A stretch of DNA of 64,000 nucleotides from a virus. Positions 19,446-29,711 of the stretch are shown one piece after another. A program made the position numbers and the translations under genes. Below the pieces are notes generated by a model. The model saw nothing but the letters and a program-made list of their open reading frames with translations. It made no database searches and was not told the DNA's origin. Numbering within the stretch: the stretch's first letter is position 1; every line of letters starts with the position of its first letter. The stretch covers positions 8,577-72,576 of IMG/VR virus record IMGVR_UViG_3300024265_000045; one strand, given 5' to 3'.

Positions 19446-20114
19446 TTAGTATCCTCGAATGATATTGGAAGCAGTCTCTTCAGCTATCTCACTGAAGGAG
19501 GGCTCACCGTCAGGAGTTTCCTCCTGTTCACTCGGTCTGAAAATAAATCTTGTTCGCTGGTCATTGCGAGAGAGATCATTTGACCAATCCTCATGCTTTT
19601 CAGTATCTTCCTTAACCAGCTCTGACACACTTGCCTGTAGATTCCGAATCTGATCAAATTGAGTTCGATATTTCTCGTTATAATCAGTCTGAATTGTTTC
19701 CACTGTTTGAACAATTTCTGTGACAGCTTCCTGCACAGAGTCAACAAGTCCATCCAAGTGTCCACCCTTCACGATGGCATTTGATATAGCTGAGATCGCC
19801 GACTCATCAAGAACGAATTCACGATCAGATGTATCTTCCTCATCGTTTTCTTCCTCTCTGTCAGACATCTCAGTATTTTCGTCAGTAGGATCTTCCTGAT
19901 CAGTAGAAGTTTCTTCCTGATCTTCCTGGTCTTCCTGTTCTTCATCATCTTCGGAAGTATCGGCAACAGTTTCAGAGCCATCTGCTTCCCTGGAAATTAA
20001 GTCTTCCTCTTTGATCTGACGATTAACACCATCTACGGCATCTACGAATTTCTGGGCAAGCTCTTCATCATCCTCGGCAAGCCGAAGAAGTTCTTTCTTT
20101 GTTCTTTCGTCCAT
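19446..20114 (-). CDS. nested scaffold protein (222 aa)
   Basis: Internal AGGAGGT-N7-ATG (MDERTKKELL) right after the protease domain. Confidence 0.65.
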   Translation of the reverse strand: MDERTKKELLRLAEDDEELAQKFVDAVDGVNRQIKEEDLISREADGSETVADTSEDDEEQEDQEDQEETSTDQEDPTDENTEMSDREEENDEEDTSDREFVLDESAISAISNAIVKGGHLDGLVDSVQEAVTEIVQTVETIQTDYNEKYRTQFDQIRNLQASVSELVKEDTEKHEDWSNDLSRNDQRTRFIFRPSEQEETPDGEPSFSEIAEETASNIIRGY

Positions 20115-20864
20115 ATTTTGAACCTCCTGAACTCGTAAATTAGTAAATAATGAGCAAGCAATTTCTTCAGCTAACACTGAAATTTCCACAAGAGTCCCAT
20201 CTGTGTAGACAGGTATAGAAATTCCGGAAATAACTTCAAGTGACTCTGGTTCTGCCAATTCTCTGAAACTAATTGAAAGACCCCAATCAACAGAACCGCT
20301 CTCGAATGTCCGGAGTAATGCTTCTGTAAATATATTCTCTGCCAGCACTCCCGAGGCTAACAGTGTTTTTTCTTCTCGAACCAAATAATCAACCGTACCC
20401 ATCAAACCCTCTTCTTGAATATGAAGATAAGTAAGATATGGGTATCCAGATTTATCGGCTCGTTTGATAAAATTATCAAACAATTGCGTGGAATCGATTT
20501 GAGCCGTTCTGTTCAAAACAGAAGTAGCTGCGATACCAAACCAACGGACACTTCCATCTTTCTGTCTGGAAATGAAAAAAGATGATCTTGCTGTTGAAGA
20601 AAGATCAATCTTTTCAGGTTCTCCAAGAGTAATTTCTTCATCCTCCATAGAGACGGCAACTCTGTAGAGATATCCAGAATTCGAGACAACAGCAAAAATG
20701 GAATTATCCGATTCCTTAATATAAAAATCAATTATCCAAACATAAGAATCAAATGTAGAGTATAATTGATCATAAACAGAAATATATAATTTCTCAAACG
20801 GAATTTCCCGAGATATAGAAAATCGTTTGAAAAGTTTTCTCAAAATTTTAAACGAAATAGGCAT
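19446..20864 (-). CDS. prohead protease-scaffold fusion
   Basis: Protease-like LH...G.V, WGLSISF, LVEISVL motifs followed by an acidic low-complexity/coiled tail. Confidence 0.75.
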   Translation of the reverse strand: MPISFKILRKLFKRFSISREIPFEKLYISVYDQLYSTFDSYVWIIDFYIKESDNSIFAVVSNSGYLYRVAVSMEDEEITLGEPEKIDLSSTARSSFFISRQKDGSVRWFGIAATSVLNRTAQIDSTQLFDNFIKRADKSGYPYLTYLHIQEEGLMGTVDYLVREEKTLLASGVLAENIFTEALLRTFESGSVDWGLSISFRELAEPESLEVISGISIPVYTDGTLVEISVLAEEIACSLFTNLRVQEVQNMDERTKKELLRLAEDDEELAQKFVDAVDGVNRQIKEEDLISREADGSETVADTSEDDEEQEDQEDQEETSTDQEDPTDENTEMSDREEENDEEDTSDREFVLDESAISAISNAIVKGGHLDGLVDSVQEAVTEIVQTVETIQTDYNEKYRTQFDQIRNLQASVSELVKEDTEKHEDWSNDLSRNDQRTRFIFRPSEQEETPDGEPSFSEIAEETASNIIRGY

Positions 20865-20918
20865 TTATGACTCCTTATGCTAATATTACCATAGTTTTCT
20901 TCTATTACCAAGTTGAAT

Positions 20919-21458
20919 TTAACATGGAGGATATGGATGTCCTCCCCAATAAAATCCAATTGTAGCATTATCTGTAGCATTTTTAGCTTGAACCCACATT
21001 TTAATTCCTACTGTATGTTTACCAGCTTGAACTTTAAATGGAATTCCAGCACTTTGTTGTGGATTTAGAGCATCAAACTTTACCATTTCTTCAGAATATT
21101 GTTCTGCTATAATTGCATTTGCCATTGTTCCAGTACCGTAAACAAATCGAAGCTTAAATTCAGTATTCACGGAAACGGCAACAATGAGTAGTTGATGAAG
21201 ATCAAAATGGGTATCTCCAATGATCCAGGGAGTATCGGCAGAGCCGACTATTTTGGCTTCATCGTCAGCATCAGCTCCATAAACTCCATTTCCGGATATT
21301 GCTTGAAACGGAGTTAAAGTATCTGCTGCCCAATCGTTCCCACTCTGATCAGCAGACTTACCAAACCATCGACCATCGCTATGCAAATGAATCTCAGTTT
21401 CTGTAGTTAAGTGTTTTATTTCTTCTAAAGTATCAATTCCATTTAGTACAAGACCCAT
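20919..21458 (-). CDS. hypothetical virion-associated protein
   Basis: Beta-rich ORF with RBS in the head module. Confidence 0.5.
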   Translation of the reverse strand: MGLVLNGIDTLEEIKHLTTETEIHLHSDGRWFGKSADQSGNDWAADTLTPFQAISGNGVYGADADDEAKIVGSADTPWIIGDTHFDLHQLLIVAVSVNTEFKLRFVYGTGTMANAIIAEQYSEEMVKFDALNPQQSAGIPFKVQAGKHTVGIKMWVQAKNATDNATIGFYWGGHPYPPC

Positions 21459-21472
21459 GCTAATCTCCTAAA

Positions 21473-21754
21473 TTATGTATCTGAAGCTCTTAATACATGC
21501 TGAACTTCAGCTCGTACAAGTGTAGATCCGTCGCCAACTTGAACGGAAACTGTAACGGCGACGTTCATTATATTATAGCGGTCGTTTAACTCTCGTAACT
21601 CTTTCCTGTAATTGTCAAACAACTCCTGTTGAGATACAGTCATCTGTTGATTTGGAACAACTTGTAATTCCTTCTGTTCCTGACCATTATCTTTTTTTTC
21701 TGCTACTCTTTTTGCTGCTGCCCTCTTTTGAGCTGCTGTTCTTTTTGCTGTCAT
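21473..21754 (-). CDS. hypothetical protein
   Basis: Coupled ORF (ATGA overlap). Confidence 0.5.
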   Translation of the reverse strand: MTAKRTAAQKRAAAKRVAEKKDNGQEQKELQVVPNQQMTVSQQELFDNYRKELRELNDRYNIMNVAVTVSVQVGDGSTLVRAEVQHVLRASDT

Positions 21755-22035
21755 GATATTGAAAACTCCTCTCTCACTAATTCGAATGCCTCTCGCGCAG
21801 ATTGACTAGCTTGTTTCACATAATTTGCTTTATAAGCTGCAATTTCTCCTGTCGCTATCCTTGCCTTGAGATAATCCAGCTTGCTTTGAGGATTAGGTAC
21901 TTCCACTTGCTCATCATCTACCATTTTGTATATCATTTCTGGATAGTTCCGCTCCTGAGCAACTCCATTTACAAACTGTTCTTCAGTAATTTCCTCGGGT
22001 GTTGTAATGGTTATTTCAAAAATTATTGTTGGCAT
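21751..22035 (-). CDS. hypothetical protein (VPNPQSK motif, fibre-associated type)
   Basis: Coupled ORF downstream of the fibre-like gene. Confidence 0.5.
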   Translation of the reverse strand: MPTIIFEITITTPEEITEEQFVNGVAQERNYPEMIYKMVDDEQVEVPNPQSKLDYLKARIATGEIAAYKANYVKQASQSAREAFELVREEFSIS

Positions 22036-22241
22036 TTTTCCATCCTTTCAATTTTTTCTAATTTATCTATAAACCACATCCAAAATTCGTTCCAATCTAC
22101 AAATTCTCTTCCACATGTCTTTACAATTCCCTCCATATCTAAAACTAATAAGTCTTCTCCAGTATTTTTCACAACACTAAATAAATTCTCTATTTTAACA
22201 TCCCCTATTTTTATGGGATCAGTTATTTCTGTGCAATCCAT
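22023..22241 (-). CDS. hypothetical protein
   Basis: ORF with RBS. Confidence 0.4.
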   Translation of the reverse strand: MDCTEITDPIKIGDVKIENLFSVVKNTGEDLLVLDMEGIVKTCGREFVDWNEFWMWFIDKLEKIERMEKCQQ

Positions 22242-22250
22242 TTTTCTTTC

Positions 22251-24185
22251 CTAACTTGTAGGTGCATCGTAATAAGGCATCCAAAAGAAAGCACCGTTGA
22301 TACCTACTCTAACGAATCCTTGAATTGTATTTCCAGTTGTCCAAGTTGTTATTGGATTAACGACGCTTGCTGCTGAAACTCCAATATAATCAACAAAATC
22401 TTCAGATACATCTCCTTGATCAAGTTTCAACACAGCGATTGCTCCTGAAGCATCTGCTTGATCAATATGTACTTGACCACCGACTGGAGTAATCCCGATA
22501 CCTACTTGTCCATTGGAGTCAATGATTACTCTTGCTGACCCTGTAGTTGTTACAGTATCAGCAGCAGTATACAACGTTATTCTGGTTGCAGCATTTCCTG
22601 TCGCAGTGCCACCTCCAATATTCACATTATTAGTAGCTACTACGTTAGAGCAATAAATAGCCCATACAGGCTCTTCATCTGTATCAAAATGAGTTGCTCC
22701 AAATCTTAATAGCTTATCTGTATCATCTACTTTGGAGTCAGTCATTGTCAACATTCCATTAGTAACTGTAAGATTAGCTCTCCCACCGCTAAGATCGAAG
22801 ACCATATTCGAAGCAGAACCAGTTCTACTTATTTTCAAAGCATCTGCTGCCCCGGCTGCCATAACTTCAAGCCGTGCATCAGGATCAGAGACACCTATAC
22901 CAACATTCCCAACAAATGTAGATTGTCCACCACTTGGAGTTATACTAAGATAACCATCTGTATCTACTGCAAATGTAACGTTGTCTACATTATCAAATAC
23001 GAGCTTAAGCTGAGTAGTTGGACTACGATAAGTTAAAATTCCTGAATCAACATAGAGAAATCCACCTCCCGCTGGATCACCAGTAGGAGCTGTGGTCATA
23101 TTTCCAATAAACAATCCCCTGTCCATTGTCTGCCAGTTTGGGGCGGCGGCTGCGAGGAGGGCTATATTTTCAGTTGTTGGAGTTGCGTCTGTAAAAAATA
23201 AATGACTTATAGAGCCACCTTCAACTTGAAAATCTATGTCATTACTATTATTTTCATTAATAAGGAAATTGCCATTGATTACGGAAAATATCAATAAATT
23301 AGCGCCAGAAAGCAGCGCACGAAATTGCAATGCTCCCGATTCGGAGCCAGCAACATTAGACCGTATTTGCCCTCTTATAGTTCCATACGTAGTTACTGCT
23401 CCTGCATCATTATCTGCTTCAAATACCAATCCTATTGAATCGAAATTGGTATTGGTATCCCTATGTATTCTCAGCACATTTCCCTCTGTGCTTGAGATAC
23501 GTACCTGCCCATCAGCTTCGACTACGAACCAATCGTAGCCGTCACTTGCTTCTCCTACGATTAAATCCGCCGTCTGTCCTGCAACGCCCTGTACAGCAAA
23601 CTGGATGCGGTCACGCTGACCGTCTATGCCGAGGTAGGCGAGGTTTTCGAGGGAGCCGATAGTGATTGCGTTGTTTCCGGCGTCCGCATAGAAGAGGCTG
23701 GTATCAGTGTCACCCCGGATAAAAGTATTCGTGTCTAATAGTCCTGGGTTTATAACTATAGCTGGTGCGCTTATCGTCAAAAAACTTGTCACGGTTGCAC
23801 CAAAGAAATTGGCGTGAATTTGTATTTCCCCTTGTTCTCCACCGTCTATACTGTTTACTATTCTGTTTACAATCGCACCGTATGTATGTACATTTCCTAC
23901 ACTATCATCAGCCTGGAATAACAGATCAATTGTGTCTGTATTGGTATTCGTATCCCTATGCAGCTCCAGCACAGTCTGTGAAGTAGTTGAAATTCCAGTC
24001 GGTGCTGTAGCATTATCGTTGAAAATCCCTAGCCGAACAACATTAGCAAGATCAACTCCCAAAGCTGTCTCAATAGCAACAACCTCATCTTGAAGTGAAT
24101 TGACATGTTCTGCCCAGATCCACTGACCTGGACCGTCAACTTTCGGAGTAAATACTTTTACTGCTCCTGGATATGAAGCTGCCAT
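22251..24185 (-). CDS. fibre/spike-like virion protein in the head module
   Basis: N-terminal AEHVNSLQDEVVAIETALG anchor, GNVGIG..P and GQVGIG.P shaft motifs, internal duplication. Confidence 0.65.
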   Translation of the reverse strand: MAASYPGAVKVFTPKVDGPGQWIWAEHVNSLQDEVVAIETALGVDLANVVRLGIFNDNATAPTGISTTSQTVLELHRDTNTNTDTIDLLFQADDSVGNVHTYGAIVNRIVNSIDGGEQGEIQIHANFFGATVTSFLTISAPAIVINPGLLDTNTFIRGDTDTSLFYADAGNNAITIGSLENLAYLGIDGQRDRIQFAVQGVAGQTADLIVGEASDGYDWFVVEADGQVRISSTEGNVLRIHRDTNTNFDSIGLVFEADNDAGAVTTYGTIRGQIRSNVAGSESGALQFRALLSGANLLIFSVINGNFLINENNSNDIDFQVEGGSISHLFFTDATPTTENIALLAAAAPNWQTMDRGLFIGNMTTAPTGDPAGGGFLYVDSGILTYRSPTTQLKLVFDNVDNVTFAVDTDGYLSITPSGGQSTFVGNVGIGVSDPDARLEVMAAGAADALKISRTGSASNMVFDLSGGRANLTVTNGMLTMTDSKVDDTDKLLRFGATHFDTDEEPVWAIYCSNVVATNNVNIGGGTATGNAATRITLYTAADTVTTTGSARVIIDSNGQVGIGITPVGGQVHIDQADASGAIAVLKLDQGDVSEDFVDYIGVSAASVVNPITTWTTGNTIQGFVRVGINGAFFWMPYYDAPTS

Positions 24186-24187
24186 AA

Positions 24188-24559
24188 TTAGTGTACCTCT
24201 TCTAGAGTAACCTCAAGACCATATCGGATAGTGTCAGCATTAGTGTATGTAATCAAGAGAGCATCTCCGGGGAAAAGCCAATATTTTTCATCCGGAAACC
24301 ATACTAGATCAACAACACTGAGCGCAGACAAATCTTGTCTAAGCAAAACAGTGTCGTAGCCTGAATCCAATCTTGAATTTAAGGTCACCAAAAAGTCTTG
24401 AGATGTAGTTGGAATTGCTGCCAAATGTAAAGTAAGACTGGATATTAAAGTCAATTTTATAATCGGAACAGCAAAAGCCATCAATACTGCTGCATTCTCA
24501 AAATCTTTCCGTATTACTTTTTGTCCATCCTTTATATCATAACGTGCAATTGCCATCAT
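24188..24559 (-). CDS. hypothetical beta-sandwich virion protein
   Basis: Coupled ORF in the head module. Confidence 0.5.
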   Translation of the reverse strand: MMAIARYDIKDGQKVIRKDFENAAVLMAFAVPIIKLTLISSLTLHLAAIPTTSQDFLVTLNSRLDSGYDTVLLRQDLSALSVVDLVWFPDEKYWLFPGDALLITYTNADTIRYGLEVTLEEVH

Positions 24560-26229
24560 AACTCCTTAGGTAACATCTTAACTAACTGCTTGACACGACT
24601 ATGAAACGAATGATACTTATGCACAAAGTCCTGTCCAGCTTTCGCTATAATTTCTCGCTCTTCAGGATGATCAAGCCAGTATATAATTTTTCTTTTCAAA
24701 TCATCAAGTCCATCCCATTGGACAAAATGTTTTCCATCTACAAAACCCATATATTTTTCTACTTCAGGTATTTGTTCCTGCAACAAAAATGTTCCAGCAT
24801 GTAATACTTGAAATAATCTATTAGACACATATGCAATTGAAGTTTTGTATTGATTGTCACTAATAGCAATCTTACCAGAACGATACAATTGCGCTCCCTT
24901 AGCAAAATCATACAGAGTAAAACCATCTGCCTTTACTTTCCTCCGCCACGTACCAAACAGCCCTGTTTTAAATGGTAGGGAACGAAGAAAATAGCCTAAC
25001 TCGATTCTCGCAGAAGTATATCCACTACCTTGAAATATAATGTCATATGTATCTGGATAAGGCTCCAACCATTCATGTTCTTCAAATGAAACTTGCCAAT
25101 ACATCGAGTTTAAACTTCTTTGACGATAATAATTTACTACGTCTCCGGACACAAAAGTAATAAGATCAAACATTTCAAGTATTCTTTGATATCTAGGAGA
25201 GTATAATGACTGTCCATAGTCTCCATTCCAATTTACAAATGTAGCATCTGGAAATTCTCCCTTAAGAGCTTTCAAAACTTGTACACTCTCCTCAGAAGCA
25301 TCCTGAAATTGAAATAAAAATACATGTGGTCTAAATAACAGAGATGTATACCAAAGATCTTCAATACTTTTTCTATAATCTACTTCAGTAACTGAAAAAT
25401 TAAGCTTCAAAGCATCTCTTAATCCATACTTACTTTTCTTCTGAATAGCAGCATATTTCTGCTCATAAATTGGAGCGTAGACCATACGAATATTTGTTCC
25501 AATTGGATTTTTCACAGTAGGTATATCAATAACATGTGGACCAAGTCTATCTTTATTATCAGTCCACTTCTTCACCCAAGCTATGCTGTCAGGATGACCT
25601 TTCTTACCATTAGGATTATTAATTTCTCTCAATTCATCTGCACAAACTTTATCATTAATACAAGCGTATGGTATAGGTTCAACAGTATAACCCAGCTCAT
25701 AAACATTACAGCTCAACTCATTATCGCCACCATATGTATGAAGATAATTTCCCCACCACCCAACCTTATCTCCTAACCATCTAGGAACCATACATATTTG
25801 ACCATAATATTTAGATGCTTTCTTGCCTTTGATAACAACAGGCATCTCAGCTACCGTATAATCATCATTATATCTATTTTGGGCAAAACATCCAATTCCT
25901 ATATGTGGATTATCCTGCATAAAAGCGAAACCAGCTTGAATACCCTCATATAGAAATTCAATGTCATCATTGGCTAAAATAACATAAAGACCAGCAGAAA
26001 CCTCACATCCAGCATTAAAAGCCTTAACCGCTCCTAAAAGCTCACCTTGTTCAATAAGAATTACATCTTCCTGTTTTCTACACCAAGTAAGAGTTCCATC
26101 CGTACTTCCACCATCAACAATGATAAACTCATAATCTAACCCTACACCCGCTGAACGTCTAGCACTATCTATCATTTCGATTAGCAAATCTTTTCGATTA
26201 TAAGTACCGGAAACTATTGATACATCCAT
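24556..26229 (-). CDS. bifunctional glycosyltransferase: GT2 plus GT-B (CgeB/Glyco_trans_1_2-like)
   Basis: SIVSGTYNR, IIVDGGSTDGT, ANDD, YGGDNE; C-terminal SNRLFQ...G.FLL...FVDGKH...REIIAKAG...HSF..RV. Confidence 0.88.
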   Translation of the reverse strand: MDVSIVSGTYNRKDLLIEMIDSARRSAGVGLDYEFIIVDGGSTDGTLTWCRKQEDVILIEQGELLGAVKAFNAGCEVSAGLYVILANDDIEFLYEGIQAGFAFMQDNPHIGIGCFAQNRYNDDYTVAEMPVVIKGKKASKYYGQICMVPRWLGDKVGWWGNYLHTYGGDNELSCNVYELGYTVEPIPYACINDKVCADELREINNPNGKKGHPDSIAWVKKWTDNKDRLGPHVIDIPTVKNPIGTNIRMVYAPIYEQKYAAIQKKSKYGLRDALKLNFSVTEVDYRKSIEDLWYTSLLFRPHVFLFQFQDASEESVQVLKALKGEFPDATFVNWNGDYGQSLYSPRYQRILEMFDLITFVSGDVVNYYRQRSLNSMYWQVSFEEHEWLEPYPDTYDIIFQGSGYTSARIELGYFLRSLPFKTGLFGTWRRKVKADGFTLYDFAKGAQLYRSGKIAISDNQYKTSIAYVSNRLFQVLHAGTFLLQEQIPEVEKYMGFVDGKHFVQWDGLDDLKRKIIYWLDHPEEREIIAKAGQDFVHKYHSFHSRVKQLVKMLPKEL

Positions 26230-26237
26230 ATATTATG

Positions 26238-26780
26238 TCACTTTGCCATGATTATATCATTAGGATAGCTAATACTATCATGAATGGTTATTTCCAATTC
26301 GGGTATCTTCAACAATTTCTCCAACACTTTTTCCTTGGATACATCTTCCCAATTCCCGCTACCCATCAACCTACAATCATCAACAAGAATTATTGAACCA
26401 GGAACGAAATATTTTGCAACTACGTCAATCTCCGAGAGGAGAGGTACAAGTTCGGAACCATTGGTTGGAGCATTTCCAGCATGAGCGTCGAGCCAAAAGG
26501 TCATAGGAGAAGTCAGTGTAGGTAAAAGGCGACTCAACATAGCTGTAGATTCTCCATGATAAAGATATATGTAATCTAAGTCTGAGAACATCTTGCAGCA
26601 ATTCTCATAACATCCTCTATCAACTTCAACAGAATGAATCTCAGGAAATCCTGTGTCAACGGCGAGCTGGATGCCTCCGCCGTCCCACGAGCCTGTCTCG
26701 ACAAATATGAATGTGAGACAGTCAGCTAGAAGATCAACAGGAAGAGTACTCACAAGTTGTATCCTTACATACCTCGCCAA
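26238..26780 (-). CDS. class I SAM-dependent methyltransferase-like protein
   Basis: FVETGSWDGGG motif I, HSVEVD, YHGES, FWLDAH, ILVDD. Confidence 0.7.
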   Translation of the reverse strand: MARYVRIQLVSTLPVDLLADCLTFIFVETGSWDGGGIQLAVDTGFPEIHSVEVDRGCYENCCKMFSDLDYIYLYHGESTAMLSRLLPTLTSPMTFWLDAHAGNAPTNGSELVPLLSEIDVVAKYFVPGSIILVDDCRLMGSGNWEDVSKEKVLEKLLKIPELEITIHDSISYPNDIIMAK

Positions 26781-28354
26781 ACTTTAGGAGCATAAACTTC
26801 ATCTGCACGCTCCCAAAGAACAATCAGTCTATTATCAGGAAAAGAATATTGTATGATAGGCTCTGCAGGAAACCGCATTGCAGCGTGATGAATGGAAGCA
26901 GTCTCTCGAAGTTCTGCCCTGTATTTATCCAAAGAAGATTTGATATCATAATTTCGTTCACTTACTACTTCAACTTCAGCAGTATCCTCTGTTTCCAATT
27001 CTTCTGCAGCTTCAGCTTCAGACTCAATATCCGTAGCACTCGACACATCTACTTCAGGAACCCACTCATGAGGAATAACTTCATGCCTAGCTAACAATGC
27101 TCTAGCTTCTTCTCTAGATATCAAAGACTCATATTCTTTACCTTCTCTAGCTATAGCTGGTTTTGCTTCATAGAGAGATATAGCTACGTTCGCCCATGCT
27201 TGATCAACCGAAGCACTTACAAGATCACCTTGCTCGTCACGTTGATCAAAAACAAAGCTAAGTGATGTGGGAAGAAATTCCTGAAGTTGTTCTTGAAAAC
27301 CAAGTGCAAACTCAAGACGACCTTTACCGGTAGCTTTTTCATGTTGAATTTCTACTTCCGAGCCTCTACCTAAAGCACCATATTGAACAGGATAAAATTC
27401 CGAAGCATCATATCCAAAGCACAAAGCATATGTATACATCAACATATCTGACCATACTTTAGCATCAAACCCAGCAGGTAGTTGAGATAGAGCGATTAAC
27501 TTTGCGTCAATAGGAGCTCCAGAAGAAGCCAGAACGGCAAGTGCGCCGTAGTATTCATAACCGATGGCATCCAAATTTTCTTCCCTAGAACCCATTGCAT
27601 CGAGCCATTGTTTCTCCCGTATCCCCTGGAGTAATAACAACCCTCTTGGAGCTCTTGCATCAAGCTGCTCTTGATCATGTGCAGCCATAGCTATGAACAA
27701 TTTAGCAACATCGACACAACGACTAACGGCAGAGAGACCAAGTCCGTTGAACTTACGAATGATTGAGGGCATAGACATGACTCGAATATAATCTTTCGGT
27801 CTCCAGTTTATCTTTTTCCCATTTATAGTATAGTAAGTCAAAGGTTTAGCAGAATTTCCAGTAAGAATACATTCAGTTGGATCAACACAATATAACTTCC
27901 GTATTGGTCCATTTCTTCCTTCCCTGCCAAGCTCGGTAACTGACCCCATATCAGTTCCCCAAAATGATGTTGAGGACATAGAAATTGCAGGTCTCCACCC
28001 ATACACTCCCGGAGCAGCCTCAAAATTATGAAGCATATTTGAATACCGAAGCACTTGATTCCTACCCCCTACTAATCTCCAACCACGATTCTTATCAATA
28101 CTAACGGCAGAGCTAAGGATTCCACTGAGGTGTGGCTCTTTATGAACTAGCTCCTGCAGCCACTTATCTCGCTCCCTACTACTAGGACTGTATACGGGTT
28201 CATTATCTTCAGCATCTGTAGTCCAATTCATTATCTGTACAAAGAAATCCTGTGGAGAGACATTGACTTTAAATCTATCCTGATCCGAATAGTTTTTAGT
28301 GTCTCTAGTACGCTCTACAGGTTTCGTTTCAATTGCAAAATCATCAAATCCCAT
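26765..28354 (-). CDS. portal protein
   Basis: Directly after TerL; ELGREG, LYCVDP, GLGLSAV, PRGLL motifs. Confidence 0.82.
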   Translation of the reverse strand: MGFDDFAIETKPVERTRDTKNYSDQDRFKVNVSPQDFFVQIMNWTTDAEDNEPVYSPSSRERDKWLQELVHKEPHLSGILSSAVSIDKNRGWRLVGGRNQVLRYSNMLHNFEAAPGVYGWRPAISMSSTSFWGTDMGSVTELGREGRNGPIRKLYCVDPTECILTGNSAKPLTYYTINGKKINWRPKDYIRVMSMPSIIRKFNGLGLSAVSRCVDVAKLFIAMAAHDQEQLDARAPRGLLLLQGIREKQWLDAMGSREENLDAIGYEYYGALAVLASSGAPIDAKLIALSQLPAGFDAKVWSDMLMYTYALCFGYDASEFYPVQYGALGRGSEVEIQHEKATGKGRLEFALGFQEQLQEFLPTSLSFVFDQRDEQGDLVSASVDQAWANVAISLYEAKPAIAREGKEYESLISREEARALLARHEVIPHEWVPEVDVSSATDIESEAEAAEELETEDTAEVEVVSERNYDIKSSLDKYRAELRETASIHHAAMRFPAEPIIQYSFPDNRLIVLWERADEVYAPKVWRGM

Positions 28355-28364
28355 AACTCATCTC

Positions 28365-29711
28365 CTATCGTGCTGCTCCCATTGCCCATCCACCACGTGA
28401 GAAATCAAGCCAGTTGCAGAAATATCTAGCAGTATCCATGCCATGATCATTTGCCTTCAAAGGCTGTTCTTTCAGTTTATGGTCTTTCCAAATATATCCA
28501 TCATATTCTTGTTCACTACAAACTGGAAGAGATGCTTCTGCTAATTCTGGATCTACATTTAAAACACTGTCTCTAATATAGACTATCTCTGGAGCTGTAT
28601 TTTTTCCTTTAGGTTTTAGTCGAACTTTAACTTGCTCAATACCATCCAAAACATTCTTGATAGCAGCTTCAGTACCCATTTTCAAATGTCTTTCTAATGT
28701 AGCTCGTCCCTCTGCATCCCAATCACAAATTATTGTACTCGGAGTAGGTTCATGATTGGCTTCCTTCCAAGATAAAATCTGTCGAGCTGCATCTTCTACT
28801 AATAGCTGTGTTTGATAAATCTCAGCTATCCTATAAGCTACGTCATTCGGAGAAATCGCCCAACATTGCCAGACGAATGGGTTTATAAATCCAAAGTCTA
28901 CTACCCATACCCTCTCCCAATCTGACCTAACTTGTACTTCATTACGATTTAGCAAATGAAGAGTTGGATCCCACTCATTATAAATTAATCCCTCTGCTGC
29001 TGCCCAAATTCCCTTGTACAGTCTCAGTTTTCTTACCCCCGTGAGTCTCTGTAGTTTCAACATATACTGGTTCCCTTTTTCTGTCCACTCTTTTGTTACC
29101 TGATCAAACAGAACTGGATTATGTTGATGTTTTGAATAAATCATTTTCAAAAACCCTTTGTTCTCTCTGGCTTTAATCCAATGCCAAGGAACATCGGGGT
29201 TGCAGCAGCCGACTACCTGATTATATGATACTCGTCCGAAACGGCAGCGAGTCGTAAGTGCTTCCCAATCAGTCTCTGTCAACTCAGTAGCCTCCATAGC
29301 GTAGATTAAATCATACTCTGTTGACATGATTTTGCTCCACTTATCCATCCCTGCTACAACTATTTTACTTCCATTTACATATCTGAATTCCTGTTCTGCT
29401 GTCCGCCACTTTACAGTCTCATCTACCGGTAGTACAAATTCTCTAAAAGTTACCAGCCCTGATTGAGTAAGAGATTCTCTTGTCTTACGGATTAACAATG
29501 ACCGCATTCCATCATACTTTGAACTCATGAGGTGCATTTTTTCTAGCCATGATCTAGATTTCCCAGTACCACTAGGTCCCTCCACCATGACTTCTGGTTC
29601 TCTATTATAGAAAGCTTCAAGAGCAGAACCATAAGGCTGATAAGGTCTGCATCTTTTATCAATCTCAGCGAGATTTATGTTCTCAGTTAATACTTCAACT
29701 TGACCGGTCAT
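28365..29711 (-). CDS. terL: terminase large subunit (PBSX-like)
   Basis: EGPSGTGKS Walker A, YAMEATE, CNP, VVDFGFINP, NDHGMDTARY nuclease motifs. Confidence 0.95.
   Translation of the reverse strand: MTGQVEVLTENINLAEIDKRCRPYQPYGSALEAFYNREPEVMVEGPSGTGKSRSWLEKMHLMSSKYDGMRSLLIRKTRESLTQSGLVTFREFVLPVDETVKWRTAEQEFRYVNGSKIVVAGMDKWSKIMSTEYDLIYAMEATELTETDWEALTTRCRFGRVSYNQVVGCCNPDVPWHWIKARENKGFLKMIYSKHQHNPVLFDQVTKEWTEKGNQYMLKLQRLTGVRKLRLYKGIWAAAEGLIYNEWDPTLHLLNRNEVQVRSDWERVWVVDFGFINPFVWQCWAISPNDVAYRIAEIYQTQLLVEDAARQILSWKEANHEPTPSTIICDWDAEGRATLERHLKMGTEAAIKNVLDGIEQVKVRLKPKGKNTAPEIVYIRDSVLNVDPELAEASLPVCSEQEYDGYIWKDHKLKEQPLKANDHGMDTARYFCNWLDFSRGGWAMGAAR

Noticed and set aside
3748-24185. Diversity-generating retroelement acting on fibre genes
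   Set aside because: No reverse transcriptase and no TR/VR pair differing at adenines was seen; the fibre duplication is old and protein-level
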